A stretch of 64,000 bases of DNA, from contig OZ024741.1 in the NCBI GenBank assembly GCA_964016885.1, positions 94,798,001 to 94,862,000 on the forward strand, given 5' to 3'. Source of the stretch: Eledone cirrhosa. Its lineage: Eukaryota. Of this stretch, positions 50,596 through 64,000 are shown in pieces (within the stretch, counting starts at the first letter, position 1; every line of letters starts with the position of its first letter). The notes beneath the pieces are model-generated. The model saw only the letters and a list, made by a program, of their open reading frames with translations, was not told the DNA's origin and searched no databases. The position numbers and the translations under genes were made by a program.

Positions 50596-50597
<2 letters not shown>
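47494..50597 (+). mobile_element. RTE LINE with nearly complete ORF (APE endonuclease, RT, PHD-type finger), one frameshift near 50005
   Basis: LRVATLNVGTL, CVQEVRW, SVYAPQ, GDFNGHVG, SQIDFLL, QHRLV; RT YADD; continuation ORF 50010-50570; (ATG)n tail. Confidence 0.97.
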
Positions 50598-50675
<78 letters not shown>

Positions 50676-50726
50676 CATCATCATCATCATCATCATCTTA
50701 CGTCCGCTTTTGCCTGCTTGTATATA

Positions 50727-50890
<164 letters not shown>

Positions 50891-50945
50891 TATATATATA
50901 CATACATATATATATATATATACACATATATATATATATATACAC

Positions 50946-51018
<73 letters not shown>

Positions 51019-51024
51019 TACATA

Positions 51025-51162
<138 letters not shown>

Positions 51163-51308
51163 TATATACATATATATGTAAAAGTTCTATTTAAATTGTT
51201 GGGATACAACAAGCAAATATTTTTATAAATGATATAAAGCACTCAACAAATATTTGGAGTAAAAATACGATATTAACAAATGGAAACTATATTTATAAAA
51301 CCACATTT

Positions 51309-51371
51309 ATTTCATTACAAATATTTCAAGGACACCAAGTTAAATTATGGTGTGCTTTCATCAGATAAAAT
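51309..51371 (-). ncRNA. Type I hammerhead in a TA-flanked island (about 51178-51455)
   Basis: ATTTTAT-CTGATGA-AAG C ACACCA TAATTTAACT TGGTGT C CTT-GAAA-T ATTT G-TA-ATGAAAT. Confidence 0.75.
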
Positions 51372-51457
51372 ATAATATAGATCAGTTTTATAAATAAATA
51401 TTGACATACCCTTAAAGAATGTAACCATTGCTGTTGGAAGCTCCTGGATAGACTATG

Positions 51458-51545
<88 letters not shown>

Positions 51546-54500
51546 CATTTAGTTATAATCCATATATATATTTTAATGTGCCAACACCAAATATATGTAC
51601 ATATATGAATATTTACACACATGATGAAAGCATAAACAATAAGGGAATAAAATAATAAACTGTAAGAGCAAAATATGCGTTTAAAATTAAGAGAGAAATG
51701 GAATATGAATATGAGAGAGAGAGATACAAAGCGGAAAGAAGAGAGAAACATTTGTGATAGAGAAGGTGGGGAATTAGTTAATAGGGAAACTATTTCATAT
51801 AACGAGAGAAAGATTTATAGACAAGAGAGTATATGTAAAGGGAAGAAAGAGAGAATAGTCGTTACGAGTAGGAAACAGCGAGCAAAGAAGCGAAAGCTTT
51901 GTCGAGAGAGAGAGAAAGGAAGAATAAAAAGAAAAGAGAGAGTGACGTGAAGAAAGAAAGCTTAAGGATGTACGCAAAAAATAGAATACAGTGGAGTAAA
52001 GAGAAGCCGTTATTTAAAAAAGAAATAGAAAATTATGTAGATGTAAATATGTAAAAAAAAAATAATAATAAAATAGACAAGCAGGTAAAGAGAGAAACTT
52101 TCAACACGAAAAAGGTTATCACCTGGTGGTACCGGTACTATTTCCTATGGGATGTAGACAAAACCATAGGACAAAATTCTCATTCCTACTGCACACATAG
52201 TAAAAAATAAAACAAAATCTATTTATAGTTTTTAAATAGCTAACGTTATAAAATTTAGCTTACTTGATAACGAATAAACTACAACTATATATTCAAATTT
52301 CGTTTTTTTTTTACCATGTGTGTGTATCAGGGAGGTACATAGGGAGGGATTTTAGCCAAGGGCGGAATCCGGAGGAATCCAAGCTGGGAAAGAATAGTGT
52401 AAATTATGTATATAAAAACAATATGCACATTGCGTATTTATAAAATGAAATAGAAAAATATCCAAATATAAAGACGATCACGATTAAATAGTTCACAAAA
52501 AAGTGCTGCTTAAAACTTAATCCCGTTCGGGACTATACAATTATTGAGGTTTGAAAAGCTTACTCCAGTTAACATGGTGCTTAGGCAAAACAATTACAAG
52601 ATGAAAATTAAAAATAGGGGGAAGAACTGAGGAAATGTGGGATTACAAAGGAAAAAAATGCGACCTGGCTCTCTGAGAACCACATAAATGTTCGAGTCTG
52701 TCCCAAGCCCAGTGGCGTCTCAGGCCAATGATTATCTCAGTTTTCATTGGCCTTAAGCGAGTGATAGTAGAAGACAGCCTCCAGGACATGACGCCAGTCC
52801 ATCGAAAGGGTTAACTCTCAACAACTGCCCAATATTCATTGCCAACGTGAAATGAAGTGTTTTGTTCAAGAACACACTACGCAGTCGGTACAGGAATCGA
52901 ACCCACTCATTGTGATTATACGTTCAACACCATAACCACTAGGCCACGCGCCTTCACTGTTTAGACATCTAGCGTTCAGTCTAGTTATTTTATCTGTTGC
53001 TACAATGGGCAGAATAAGCTTGCATGGGGTTTCTAACTGACATTTACGTTAGGCTTCTTGCGTATTGTCTGTGGTAGCAAAAACTTTATTTGGGTCCCTT
53101 TAAACATTGGGGGTACTTAGTAATGCCCCCTCCACCCAATCCGCAACTGCCTTTCCCCTATTCCCTTTGAGAGGTCTTTCTTTGTTATATGCTTGTCTAT
53201 CTGTTCCCATTACGCCATTTCACATACACTCAGCTATGCTGTCGACTTAACCGAGTAAAACCAACAAACGCCCATCAAGAGTATTAAAAGCCAAGTGTTA
53301 TCAGGGAATTTCCGAGGAAGACAGTAATATTGATGGAGAACCCGAAATCATTGTAGATTTAATCTGTAATCTTGTTTGATAGTCCTTCGGTGCTTTTAAT
53401 GGAGTTCACTCTGTTGCAAGGATTCGGACCAAGGCTCTGCCAGACCCGTATTATTCATGGATTGGCAGAATCGGTAGAGCATTGGACATGTTTAGCGGCA
53501 TAGAGTTATGACCCTTTACGTTATGAGTTTAGCTTTGCCTTTCATCCTTACAGTGGTCGATAAAATAAAGTACCAGTAATGCACCGGGGTCGATTTAATC
53601 AACTTTCCCTTTCCCAAAAAATTTTGTTGGCCTTGTACTTTTTTTTAGTATAGAGGGCCCGAAATATCGGACAAAGAAAGCCCAAAGGTTAACAAATTGA
53701 CAATAGTAACAAATATTTATTTATTTATTTGCGTTCCAGCCGAGGGAGTGAGGCCATGCTGGGACATCGCCACTGATGCTACACTTTCTATAGCCAGCTT
53801 TCCCTGGTTGGCCATTAATGCAAAAAAGAATTTGTTGCTACTGCTCTTATTTATGCTTCACCACGTGCTGTGGGTTTATCCGGGATCTCGGTTAGAATGT
53901 CGAGATGTCTTTTGAAAACATCTACATGCACACCATATAGATCTCTCGGATTTTTTGGCAGCTTATTATTTTTCAAATGGAAAGGAGCTGCTCGTCTGAT
54001 CAGACCAAGGAAACAATATTTCCAATGGTCTTTCCATTGCTGATACTATCTGCTTGTCACAATTTCAGATGGCTCTTAATCGAAGTTATTGCAAGAATGT
54101 TTGAGCAGTGGGTTATACTACATTTTACCATAATCAGAAATGTAGAAAGATGCTACACAGTTGAAATTCTCTATATTCTTTGTTTAATGTCAAGTGGAAG
54201 TTTTCTCATGTTATTGTTTTTAAATACACTCTTCCTCATATGCAAAAAGTTGATAAGAATTCTGAGATTCAAATACAAGATCTACAATATCTTATAGATT
54301 CCTTTAGTTCAATTATTCTTATATTAGGGAAGATGAGTGTCTTCTAGATTTTGTGGACCCCCCCCCCCCCACACACACACACTTCCTAAAAAACCTACTT
54401 TGGTTTTCAATTTGAGAATGAATTCTTCAAATGTAAATCTACTCAATAAACAGAAAATGAAATACTACGTGAAAAATGAAATAAATTTATCACTGAGCGA

Positions 54501-54687
54501 ATTAAGCAACGAATACCAAATAATTTCAAAGTTTTAGAATCCATGAAATATTTTGGTATGTGAGATTGCCTTAAACCTATAAAACCTACAATTTTAGATA
54601 TGACAAATAATATTTATGGGAATGAGCAAACATGAACATGTCTGAACACAACCAATTTCTTCCAGAGAAATAGAGAGAAGGGGAGCT

Positions 54688-54689
<2 letters not shown>

Positions 54690-54750
<61 letters not shown>
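54690..54750. repeat. (GA)n microsatellite
   Basis: Direct reading. Confidence 0.95.
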
Positions 54751-54753
<3 letters not shown>

Positions 54754-55976
54754 GACTCAAGTACATGACTCATACTTTATTTATCGACCTCGAAAGGATG
54801 AAAGGTAAAATTCACCGAGACGAATAACGCAACACATTCTATTCGACGTACTAATGAATCTGCCAATTCACCGTATTTTTTATGAAAAAGACGAGACCAT
54901 AACTAAAATAGACTTTTAATGGAGGCATTTACAGAATGCACTCTGAGTTGAACTTTGAATACGTTATAATTTTGGATTGAAGTTTCTTTGAATACGTTAT
55001 AATTTTGGATTGAAGTTTCTGCTAGAAAAAAACTACTTATTATGTTGCATTCAAATGATGATACAGAAAGACATTTTAGCAGACCTGTGAACTCTCCCCG
55101 TCCGACAGGGAGATCTCCCACCCACTTTGGAGTGGGTGAGAGATGTCTTCTCTTGAAAAAATTGATATAGCTTTCATTATATAACCCCCCCCCCCCCCCC
55201 ATTTCGCCTCATTTCTCCCCGTTTTGGGGTACTTTTTTAATGGTACTTCTCGTCTGGATTCTTAGAGGTTGACAAGTCTGTTTTAGTGCCATTGTTCATT
55301 CAAAATTGCGTAACTGTATGAGTTTAAAGACTCCGAGAGAAATTTTACCCGGAAAGAATGGCCTACGGTATAATGATAAATGTTGCCTCACAAATTGTCG
55401 AAGAAAAAGTTGTCGACATGTTTCATGTTTTAGAAGAAAGCTTAAATTTAGAATTCTTCGATTTTGATTAAATACACATTAAATCAATCCGTTTTATATT
55501 TAAAAAAATCTATTTTAAATGTTTTAACAGTAACATTTGCCACCTAACCATAATAATAACCACTCATCCATAATAATGTTTTTTTTAAAATCCTAACGTG
55601 TTTTTACTGCATTTTAACAAAATATTGGTGCATTTTAATTCTTCACATTCTGTATTGGACAGCAATGCAACAACCCTCTTCTATAACATGAAGTCACCAT
55701 AACAAGACACCTAGAAAACAATATTTCACTGCATTCTCTCTATACCTTAATACACAGCTAAATCTCTGTAAGTTGTTACAAATCCTAGGCCTCACAATAT
55801 CTAACAATCTCAAAAAAACAACTTCACATTATCAAAACTGCATGAGAAAAAATGGCTCGAAATACTTATTAGTTTCTTACTCACTACATAAGCTGCAATG
55901 CTGATAAAAAGAGTCATTCAGTAGATAAATATTCATTCGCTAACAAGCTTCGACCGCTAAATCTTTTATAAGGTTA

Positions 55977-56122
55977 CTAGCAGAATGACCCGGCGTTGCT
56001 CGGGATTTGCTCTAGGGTTCTTATATATTTGATATATATTTATCCTTATCGGGCCTCGTGAAATAAATACGTTTGTTTATATTTTGTTATTGTGTATTCA
56101 AAAATATCTGTACACGAATATA

Positions 56123-56188
<66 letters not shown>

Positions 56189-56607
56189 TAACAGATTAAA
56201 GTTTAAGCAAAGAATCGCTGCTTTCACCCTTAACGGGATCTTCTGAAACTAAAAAAATCAATCTGTGAACGCAGAAGTGAATATTTCGAAAAACGTTACA
56301 CACTACACACACACACATAGCGTCATAATGACGTAATGCAGACAGCCAGACATACAGACAGATATTATAAGGGCGCAACGTTATATCTATGCATCTATCT
56401 AAAAAGAAAGACCAAGAATTATAGAGAGAGATCGCTAAATCGCCTAATGCGGTCCCTAGGGCATTGAAAATTTGAAATATTTTTGGCTCAAAACACTCAC
56501 ACGACCATAGGTATTACATGTGTGAAGTTTGAAAACAATCGGTTGGGTGGTTCTCGAGTATTAGGGAGTCAGACAGACAGACATTCTCTGTTTTAGATAT
56601 ATATAGA
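55977..56607 (-). mobile_element. Non-autonomous Helitron H1
   Basis: Minus strand begins TCTATATATATCTAAAACAGAGAATGTCTGTCTG, ends hairpin CCCGAGCAACGCCGGG then CTAG|T. Confidence 0.8.
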
Positions 56608-57160
56608 CTAGCAGAAAACTACCCGGTGGGCGGTTTTCTGCTAGCAAATCTAGTGTATATACTGATATTGTTGAGATTTGGATGAGAAATGTTTTCGGCA
56701 CCACATGTTCACCGTCTCTCGGTGTGTCTTTTATGCATGTATAAATATACATGTTATCTATACGGTGAAATCTTTGAAATAAATATATGTTAAAACGAAA
56801 AAGGAGAAAAAGAGATTAGTGACGGAAATATAAACGTTATGATACATAAACGTTATGATATAACGATGGAAATATATCTTCAAATGGTCCTTGGCATGGT
56901 GTCAAGTCAGAACCGCCTCGAACTGGTTACTTCTGCCTTGTGCAAGGTGTCTCTATAGCAACCAGCGATTCCCTCGGCCTCAGTGACCAAAGTCAATGGA
57001 GAGGGGAAGATAATGTTTCTATAGCGACAGTGTTTCTCTTGGTAGTACCAAAGTGGAGAAAGGAAGGGGAAGGTAATATTTCTGTAGCACCTACATTTGA
57101 GTTTTAGGGAAGGACAGATAGACAGACAGACAGACAAACAGAGAAATGCCCATATATTTC

Positions 57161-57195
<35 letters not shown>

Positions 57196-57223
57196 TACAC
57201 ACACAGAAATGTATATATATTTC

Positions 57224-57258
<35 letters not shown>

Positions 57259-58004
57259 TACACACACAGAAATGTATATATATTTCTGTGTGTATATATA
57301 TATATATTACACACACAGAAATGTATATATATTTCTGTGTGTGTATATATATATATATATTATACACACAGAAATGTATATATATTTCTTAGAACAAAAT
57401 TATTATTAATGTTTTGCTGTTCATAACAATTGGAATTGAAAAATTACTTTTGAAATTATTAGTTATTTTACTAATGCTTAGATATGTAAAAATGAAGCAA
57501 TGTTTCTAATAATTGTTTCTACTTTTGGCACAAGGCCAGCAATTACCGAGTACATTACTGGTACTTTATTTTATCGACCCCGTGAGGATGAAAGGCAAAG
57601 TTAACCTCGGCGGTATTTGAACTCAGACCGTAAAGGGACGTAACTCCATGCTATGAAGCATGGTGTCCGACTCTCTACAGATTCTGCCAATCCACCGCCC
57701 TAATGTCTGTACGTAATGAGGGAGTGAGAGGGGAGAGAAAGAAAGGCAGAGGTGAAGTGACTCTCTCCTCCTCCTCCTCCTCCTCCTCCTCCTCCTCCTC
57801 CTCCTCCTCCTCCCCATTCGTCACAGCGATAGAGGGGAGGAATGTTAGTGTGTTACAAAGAGAAAGAGTGAGAGTGAGAGAAACAGACAGACTAAAAGAG
57901 AGGGATAGCTGGAGAGAGAGAGTGAGATAGCAACAGATACAGTACAGTAGCTAAGGGATGTATATATATTTCTGTGTGTATATATATACATTTCTGTGTG
58001 TGTA

Positions 58005-58038
<34 letters not shown>

Positions 58039-58394
58039 GGAAATATATATATATTTCTGTGTGTGTGTATATATATATATATATTACACACACAGAAATG
58101 TATATATATTTCTGTGTGTGTATATATATATATATATTACACACACAGAAATGTATATATATTTCTGTGTGTATATATATATATTTCTGTGTGTGTATAT
58201 ATATATATATTACACACACACAGAAATGTATATATGTTTCAGTAGCACTCCTTAATTCCCCCTCTCTCCCTCCCGCTATCCCCCTTTTGTAGTCTCTCTC
58301 TCTACGCGTGCGCAAAAAACATTCGCACGCGCGCACGTGTTTCCACTGTCGGACAGACAGACAGAGAAATTGCTGGTTATATATTATAAGGAGA
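56608..58394 (-). mobile_element. Helitron-like composite H2 (SINE and minisatellites inside)
   Basis: CTAG end abuts the TC start of H1; TC start at 58393-58394 followed by (TCTG)n. Confidence 0.5.
57140..57390. repeat. Palindromic minisatellite ATTTCTGTGTGTG(TA)nTTACACACACAGAAAT; second block at 57958-58240
   Basis: About 50-60-bp self-complementary units in tandem. Confidence 0.85.
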
Positions 58395-58397
58395 TTA

Positions 58398-58989
58398 CTA
58401 GCAGTGGTACCCGGCGTTGCACGGGATAAGGTATTTTGGAACGCGGGCCGCCAACAGACCTAATCGTGGAAAAACTGCATGCCTGGACAATATGTAAAGA
58501 AAATAAACCGAATACTCTGATGGCTGGATAATCTTTAAGATTTTCCTCGATGAAGTAGGAAAAATTCAGGTTTTCACCTAATGCGGCCCTAGGGGATAAA
58601 GAAAATGAGTTTTTTTTTATATGTGCATAATATGCCTTGAAATTTCGGGAAAATCGGCTAGACTAACGCCCCCAAAAAGTCCTAAAAAGCTGAAAAAATG
58701 AAATTTTTCACATAATGCGGGTCCTAGGCCATAAAGAAGTTGGATTTTCTTTGCTCACGGTATGAAGAAGAGACTGACTAATACATAGTTACAATTTCAA
58801 GGAAATCAGTCTGACGTAACGCCTCAAAAAAGCCCTAAAAACCTGAAAAAACGCAGTTTTTCACCTAATGCGGGCCCTAGGGGATCAAAAAGTTGAATTT
58901 TTTATGTGCATAACACTCACTGAAGCATAAGTAACACGCATGTAAAGTTTGAAAAAAGTCGGTTGGGTACTTCTCGAGTTTTAGGGATT

Positions 58990-59070
<81 letters not shown>

Positions 59071-59330
59071 AGATATTATAAGGGCGCGACGTTATATATA
59101 TATATCTATCTAAAAAGAGAAAGACTAAGAATTATAGAGAGAGATCGCTCATCGCCTAATGCGGTACCCAGGGCATTGAAAATTTGAAATTTCTTTTTGC
59201 TCTGAACACTCCCTGAAACATAAGTATTACATGTGTAAAATTTGAAAGCAGTCGCTTGGGTGCTTCTCGAGTTTTAGGGATTCAAACTCACACACACACA
59301 GACAGACATCCTCAATTTTATATATATAGA
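58398..59330 (-). mobile_element. Non-autonomous Helitron H3 with internal subrepeats
   Basis: TC start at 59330; hairpin CCCGTGCAACGCCGGG plus CTAG|T end; repeated CCTAATGCGG..CCTAGGG units. Confidence 0.8.
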
Positions 59331-59476
59331 CTAGCAGAATGGCCCGGCGTTACTCGGGATTTGCTCTAGGGTTCTTATATATTTGATATATATTTATCCT
59401 TATTGAGCCTCGTGAAATAAATACGTTTATTTATATTTTGTTATTGTGTATGCAAAAATATCTGTACACGAATATA

Positions 59477-59561
<85 letters not shown>

Positions 59562-60495
59562 GAGAATGTCTGTCTGTCTGTCAGCTCACTAAAACTTGAG
59601 AACCACCCAACCGATTATTTTCAAACTTTACACATGTAATACTTATGGTCCTGTGAGTGTTTTGAACAAAAAATATTTCAAATTTTCAATGCCCTAGGGA
59701 CCGCATTAGGCAATTTAACGATCTCTCTCTATAATTCTTAGTCTTTCTTTTTAGATCGATACATAGATATAACGTTGCACCCTTAAATTATATGTCGGTT
59801 TGTCTGGCTGTCTGCATTACGTCATTATGACGCTATGTGTGTGTGTGTATATATATGTATCGTAATGCAGACAGCACGACATATAGCTTTCCTTCCCCTC
59901 TTCCAGCGTCTCTCTCTCTCCCGCTCACCCCGTCTTTTAGTCTGTCTGTTTCTTAATTCCATCAGACCATGTGAGAGAGTTTATAATCACTCACGCACAC
60001 ATACACACTCACGCATGCAAACGCACACAAACTCACACACACACGCAATAGTTATTCCACTGTCATGTATCTTTGACGCATACAACTCTCAAAAACGGCG
60101 TCTGTCACTCTCTCTCTCTCTCTCTCCCGCTATCCCCTTCTTTTAGTCTGTCTGTTTCTTTCACTCTCACTCTTTCTCTGGTAACTCGTTCACATTTCTC
60201 CCCTCTATCGAAAAACGGTGTGACGAATGGGGAGAAGGAGGAGGAGTAGAGAGCCACTTCTTCACTTCGCCTCTCCGTTTCTTTCTCTCCCCTCCCACTC
60301 CATCATTATGTACAGACATTGGCCACTTCACTAATTCGATCCCTAGGTCAGAATAATTTGAAATTTTTTTGCTCAAAACACTTCCGGGGCCATACGTGTT
60401 ACATGTGTAAAGTTTGAAAAAAAACGGTTGGGTACTTCTCGAGTTTTAGGGAAACAGACACACAGACAGCCATCCTCTGTTTTATATATATAGAT
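59331..60495. mobile_element. Rearranged Helitron pieces H4
   Basis: 59331-59481 matches 55977-56127; 59555-59840 is the reverse complement of 56320-56600; 60120-60320 is an inverted homolog of 57700-57910; another 5' end at 60345-60494. Confidence 0.7.
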
Positions 60496-63400
60496 AACAG
60501 CCGGATGGCGGAAAATTGGCAGAGTCATTAGAACGTCGAGAAGAATGCTTTGTGGTATTCGTTCTGGCTCTCTGAACTCTCCGAGTTCAAATCCCGCTGA
60601 GGTCAACTTTGCCTTTCTCTCTTTCAAGCTCGATAAAAAGAGTAACAGTCCAGTACTGGGATCGATTCTTCCTCTATATATTTTTCTCTCTTCCTTCTAT
60701 CACACTCTTCTTCTCTGGAAGAGATCCGCTAGGTTTAAAGTACCCAGGAAACGTCGTATATCACTTCGGCACCCCTGCAACTCCACCAGGAGTTACGGAT
60801 GCATACATACATACATTCAACAGCCTCTGTTTCACTAAATAATCAATAAGCATATTTCCTCCACCTAAGCCCACCTTTTGAATTCGTCCCTCCTCCTTTT
60901 GTTCCATCTACTGTGTATTACGTTCAGACATCACACTAAACATATCTTCAACCCTTCTTCCTCAATACTGTAATCCACTTAAATTCCTTGCCGCTCTCAA
61001 TGTGCTTACAAGTCTTAGATTACACAAGTTCAAGCTGAACATCAATCTCACCACCATGAGAAAGCCTACATCGATAATAGGCACCAGTCTTTCTTCCTTT
61101 TTCTAATCTCACTTTGTATTCTTCTTTCTCTTACTTTATAACGATAGCGTCTAATAAGGGGAATTGATAAAAGGTGAGTCGGTAATGTCGGCGACTAACT
61201 GGTGATAGGTCACTGGTTCATCTCATAATTATGGCTAGTTTATTTGACCTTCAGGTAAAAAGGTAGTGTAAAGTAACTACAACTGTTTTAAGCTGCTCAG
61301 TCACTTTATAATCAACGAATATTTCGTTAGTTTCTGATACTAAATTCAAGTTATATAGTGGGCTTGCAACACGTATCAGGAACACACTCCAGTTTCATTT
61401 TGTCTTACAATCTTGCGTATGATTTATATAGCGAGTTAGCAGAAGTATCATAGTGAATAAATAAACTCCAAGGAAATGTCTTATGGTCTGTGTCGGCAAT
61501 GATATAACATAAATGTGAAACACGTGACCTAGTGAGTATGGTATTGAACTTACGATCATAACGTCGTGGGTTCGATTCCTAGACCGGGTTGAACGTTGTC
61601 TTCACGAGAAAAACATTTCATTTCGTGTTTTCCCAGTACACTCAGCTGAAAATGAGTACCAGCAATAGGTGTGTGTGTGGGGCGGGGGGTTAACTTTATG
61701 ATGAACTGGCGTCCTGTCCAGGGGGAAGTTTTATAATGTCATTCACTTAACGCCGATGAAACCGGGATAAGCACAGGCCAGGTAAGCCCTCGGGCTTGGG
61801 AAAAAGAAGAAAGTTATTAAAGTGGAATAAGTTAGAATGTTGTGAGGAAGATGAGACGCGTATGTTTTGGATAGGATCTTTCTTTGGAGTAAGACGAGTT
61901 TTTTATGCAACGAGGAAACTTAATATAGTGTTTGTTGGTGGCAGTTTTTGGCAAGAGACAAACATATTAAAATAGTTATACGATGGTGTCTGTCTTTTGA
62001 GAACAAGGAGCATTTTTTCGTTTTCCTTCTCTTTTTTCATTTTTTCCTTCTTTTTAAAAAACGTAGATGAATTGTAAATTTCTTATATTTTTGATAAACA
62101 GTAGCCGTGCATTCCGTAGACATCTGCAACTAAATTTTGTCTGTTCTGGACATGTCATGTAATAAATTGTTTAATATCTATCTTAGGAGCATTAGAGTCG
62201 GACACCATGCTTTGCAGCACAGAGTTACGGCCCTTTGCGTTCAAATTCTGCCGAGCTTAGTTTTCTTTGCCTTTCATCCTTACGGGGTCGATAAAATAAA
62301 GCACCAGTAATGCACTGGATCGATTTAATCGACTTTCCCCTCCCCTCAAATTGTTGGCTTTGTGCCTAATATAGAAACAATTATCTTTTGTCAGGGGAAG
62401 CACAGTGCACTGGCTTGTTTTGGGAGTATTACTAACATGTTTCATGGATTCAGGACCCAGAAACATTAGCCATAAAATTAGATATGCTTTTAATTACATC
62501 ATCTATTCTCCTTTGGTCAGTTACCAATTTCATGTTGCTCAACGGTCTGAATACAAGACGTGGTTCAATTAGTCAGACCCGTCAACTCTCCCTTTGGGGT
62601 GGGTGAGAAATGTCTTCTTTTGTGAAAATGGGTATAGCTTTCATTATGTAAAATCTCCCCGTTTTGAGGCAATTTTTTTCATGGTACTCTCCGTTTGGGT
62701 TTTTAGAGGTTGGCAGGTCTGATAAATAGACAGTTTATTGTGTTCTGCCGTAAACATCTGATAGCCCCCGTGGTTTGGCATGGCTAGACAGACACTTTAC
62801 TCCATTTTGAAGTAGGTATAATTTCTTCTACTAAAATGTCGACTCTTTCCTGACTATCAGAACACAGATTAAATTCAGTTTTCATGGCTTCCTCTACTAG
62901 CTGTCAAAATGTCTTCTATTGGTTGATTTGTTGATTTCTTCCTAACTGTCGTCTTTTTTAGTTAGGTTTTGTTATAACTATATGATAATGGTTTCTTACA
63001 TAGGCACAAGGCCAAGGCCAGTAATTTGGGAGGAGGGGAAAGTCGATTAAATCGACTCCAATACGTTTCTGGTGCTTTATTTTATGAAAGGCAAAGTTAA
63101 CCTCGACAGGATTTGAACTCAGATCATAAAGGGCCGTAACTATATGTTGCAAAGCATGGCGTCTGACTCTCTACCGATACTGCCAATCCACCGCCCTCTT
63201 ATAACTGTATGATAATGACCATTAATATCAACAGACGGTTGTCTCTCACTCTTTCATTCTTCTACGTTCTCTATCTTCGTGTTTTCTACGTATATGGCCC
63301 ATTCTTTCTGTTTCTTATCTCTGGTACTGTCACATATATACATCTAGTGAATTGCAAGTATTTACTTAATTTACATATACACAAAACTGCTAATAGTCTC

Positions 63401-63852
63401 ATGCAAAATGTGAAATGTAGGCTTCATTTCAACTGAGGATATATACAGATATAGCTTTATCATATACTTCGGTTACTTAATGCTTTTGCGGTCTTGTCCG
63501 CGAGGTGCAGTCCCATTACCGTTGCACCCTAGGCCCAGAACCAAATCACCTCCCTTGCTCCATTCTTCTGTGACCCTAGAGCCCTTGCCTTTCCCTTCTT
63601 TTTACGATAAGTGATAGGGTATATAAACACCCTATATATATGATATTTCATTGTGATTGTTTAGACGATATACATATCATACATCTGATGAGGACCCAAT
63701 TAGGTCCGAAAATCGAATAAAACTATTATTTTTACGGGGCAATATACTAAAAAACGTGTAAATTTATATACACATTTACATAGATTTGGTTACTTCTGTT
63801 CTGCATATAACTTTATCATATACTTCGGTTGTATTGCGCACAACCTATATAT

Positions 63853-63975
63853 ATTCCGAAGAAGACGGTATCATCGAACCTATATATTATGCCTGATAGT
63901 ATACAGTTCTCTAAGTGCTATAGATCAGTCAATATATCAATATGATTAATCCTCCGAAACGATCGTAAAACAATG
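63853..63975 (+). ncRNA. Degenerate long-stem-II hammerhead related to 41891-42032
   Basis: CCGAAGA (core U>C)...about 90 nt with CTGATAG..CTATAG...GAAAC GATC GTA AAA. Confidence 0.5.
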
Positions 63976-64000
63976 AAATGAATCGGTGGATTGGCAGTAT

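Noticed and set aside
57140-58240. CRISPR-like palindromic repeats
   Set aside because: Spacers are only (TA)n, no cas genes, eukaryotic context.

Overview
AT-rich, repeat-saturated eukaryotic DNA with no host gene I can support. The (TA)n tracts, RTE LINEs and tRNA-derived SINEs suggest a cephalopod/Octopus-like genome (inference). It holds three long RTE LINE copies (one nearly intact, with a PHD-type finger inside the RT region), a CR1-type fragment, two Penelope-like element (PLE) GIY-YIG remnants, a DD37D mariner, piggyBac- and hAT-like MITEs, a head-to-tail Helitron cluster and about 20 SINE copies. The main signal missing from the ORF track is RNA structure. Many short islands between (TA)n tracts carry type I hammerhead ribozymes (stem I-CUGANGA-stem II-GAAA-minimal stem III-NUH-stem I). 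I read about ten well-formed and four degenerate copies. Several have very long stem II insertions and palindromic stem III loops typical of dimeric hammerheads. They sit in PLE pseudo-LTRs, in fold-back mini-insertions and in a 466-bp ORF-less partial tandem resembling a retrozyme. All folds were read by eye, and activity is untested.
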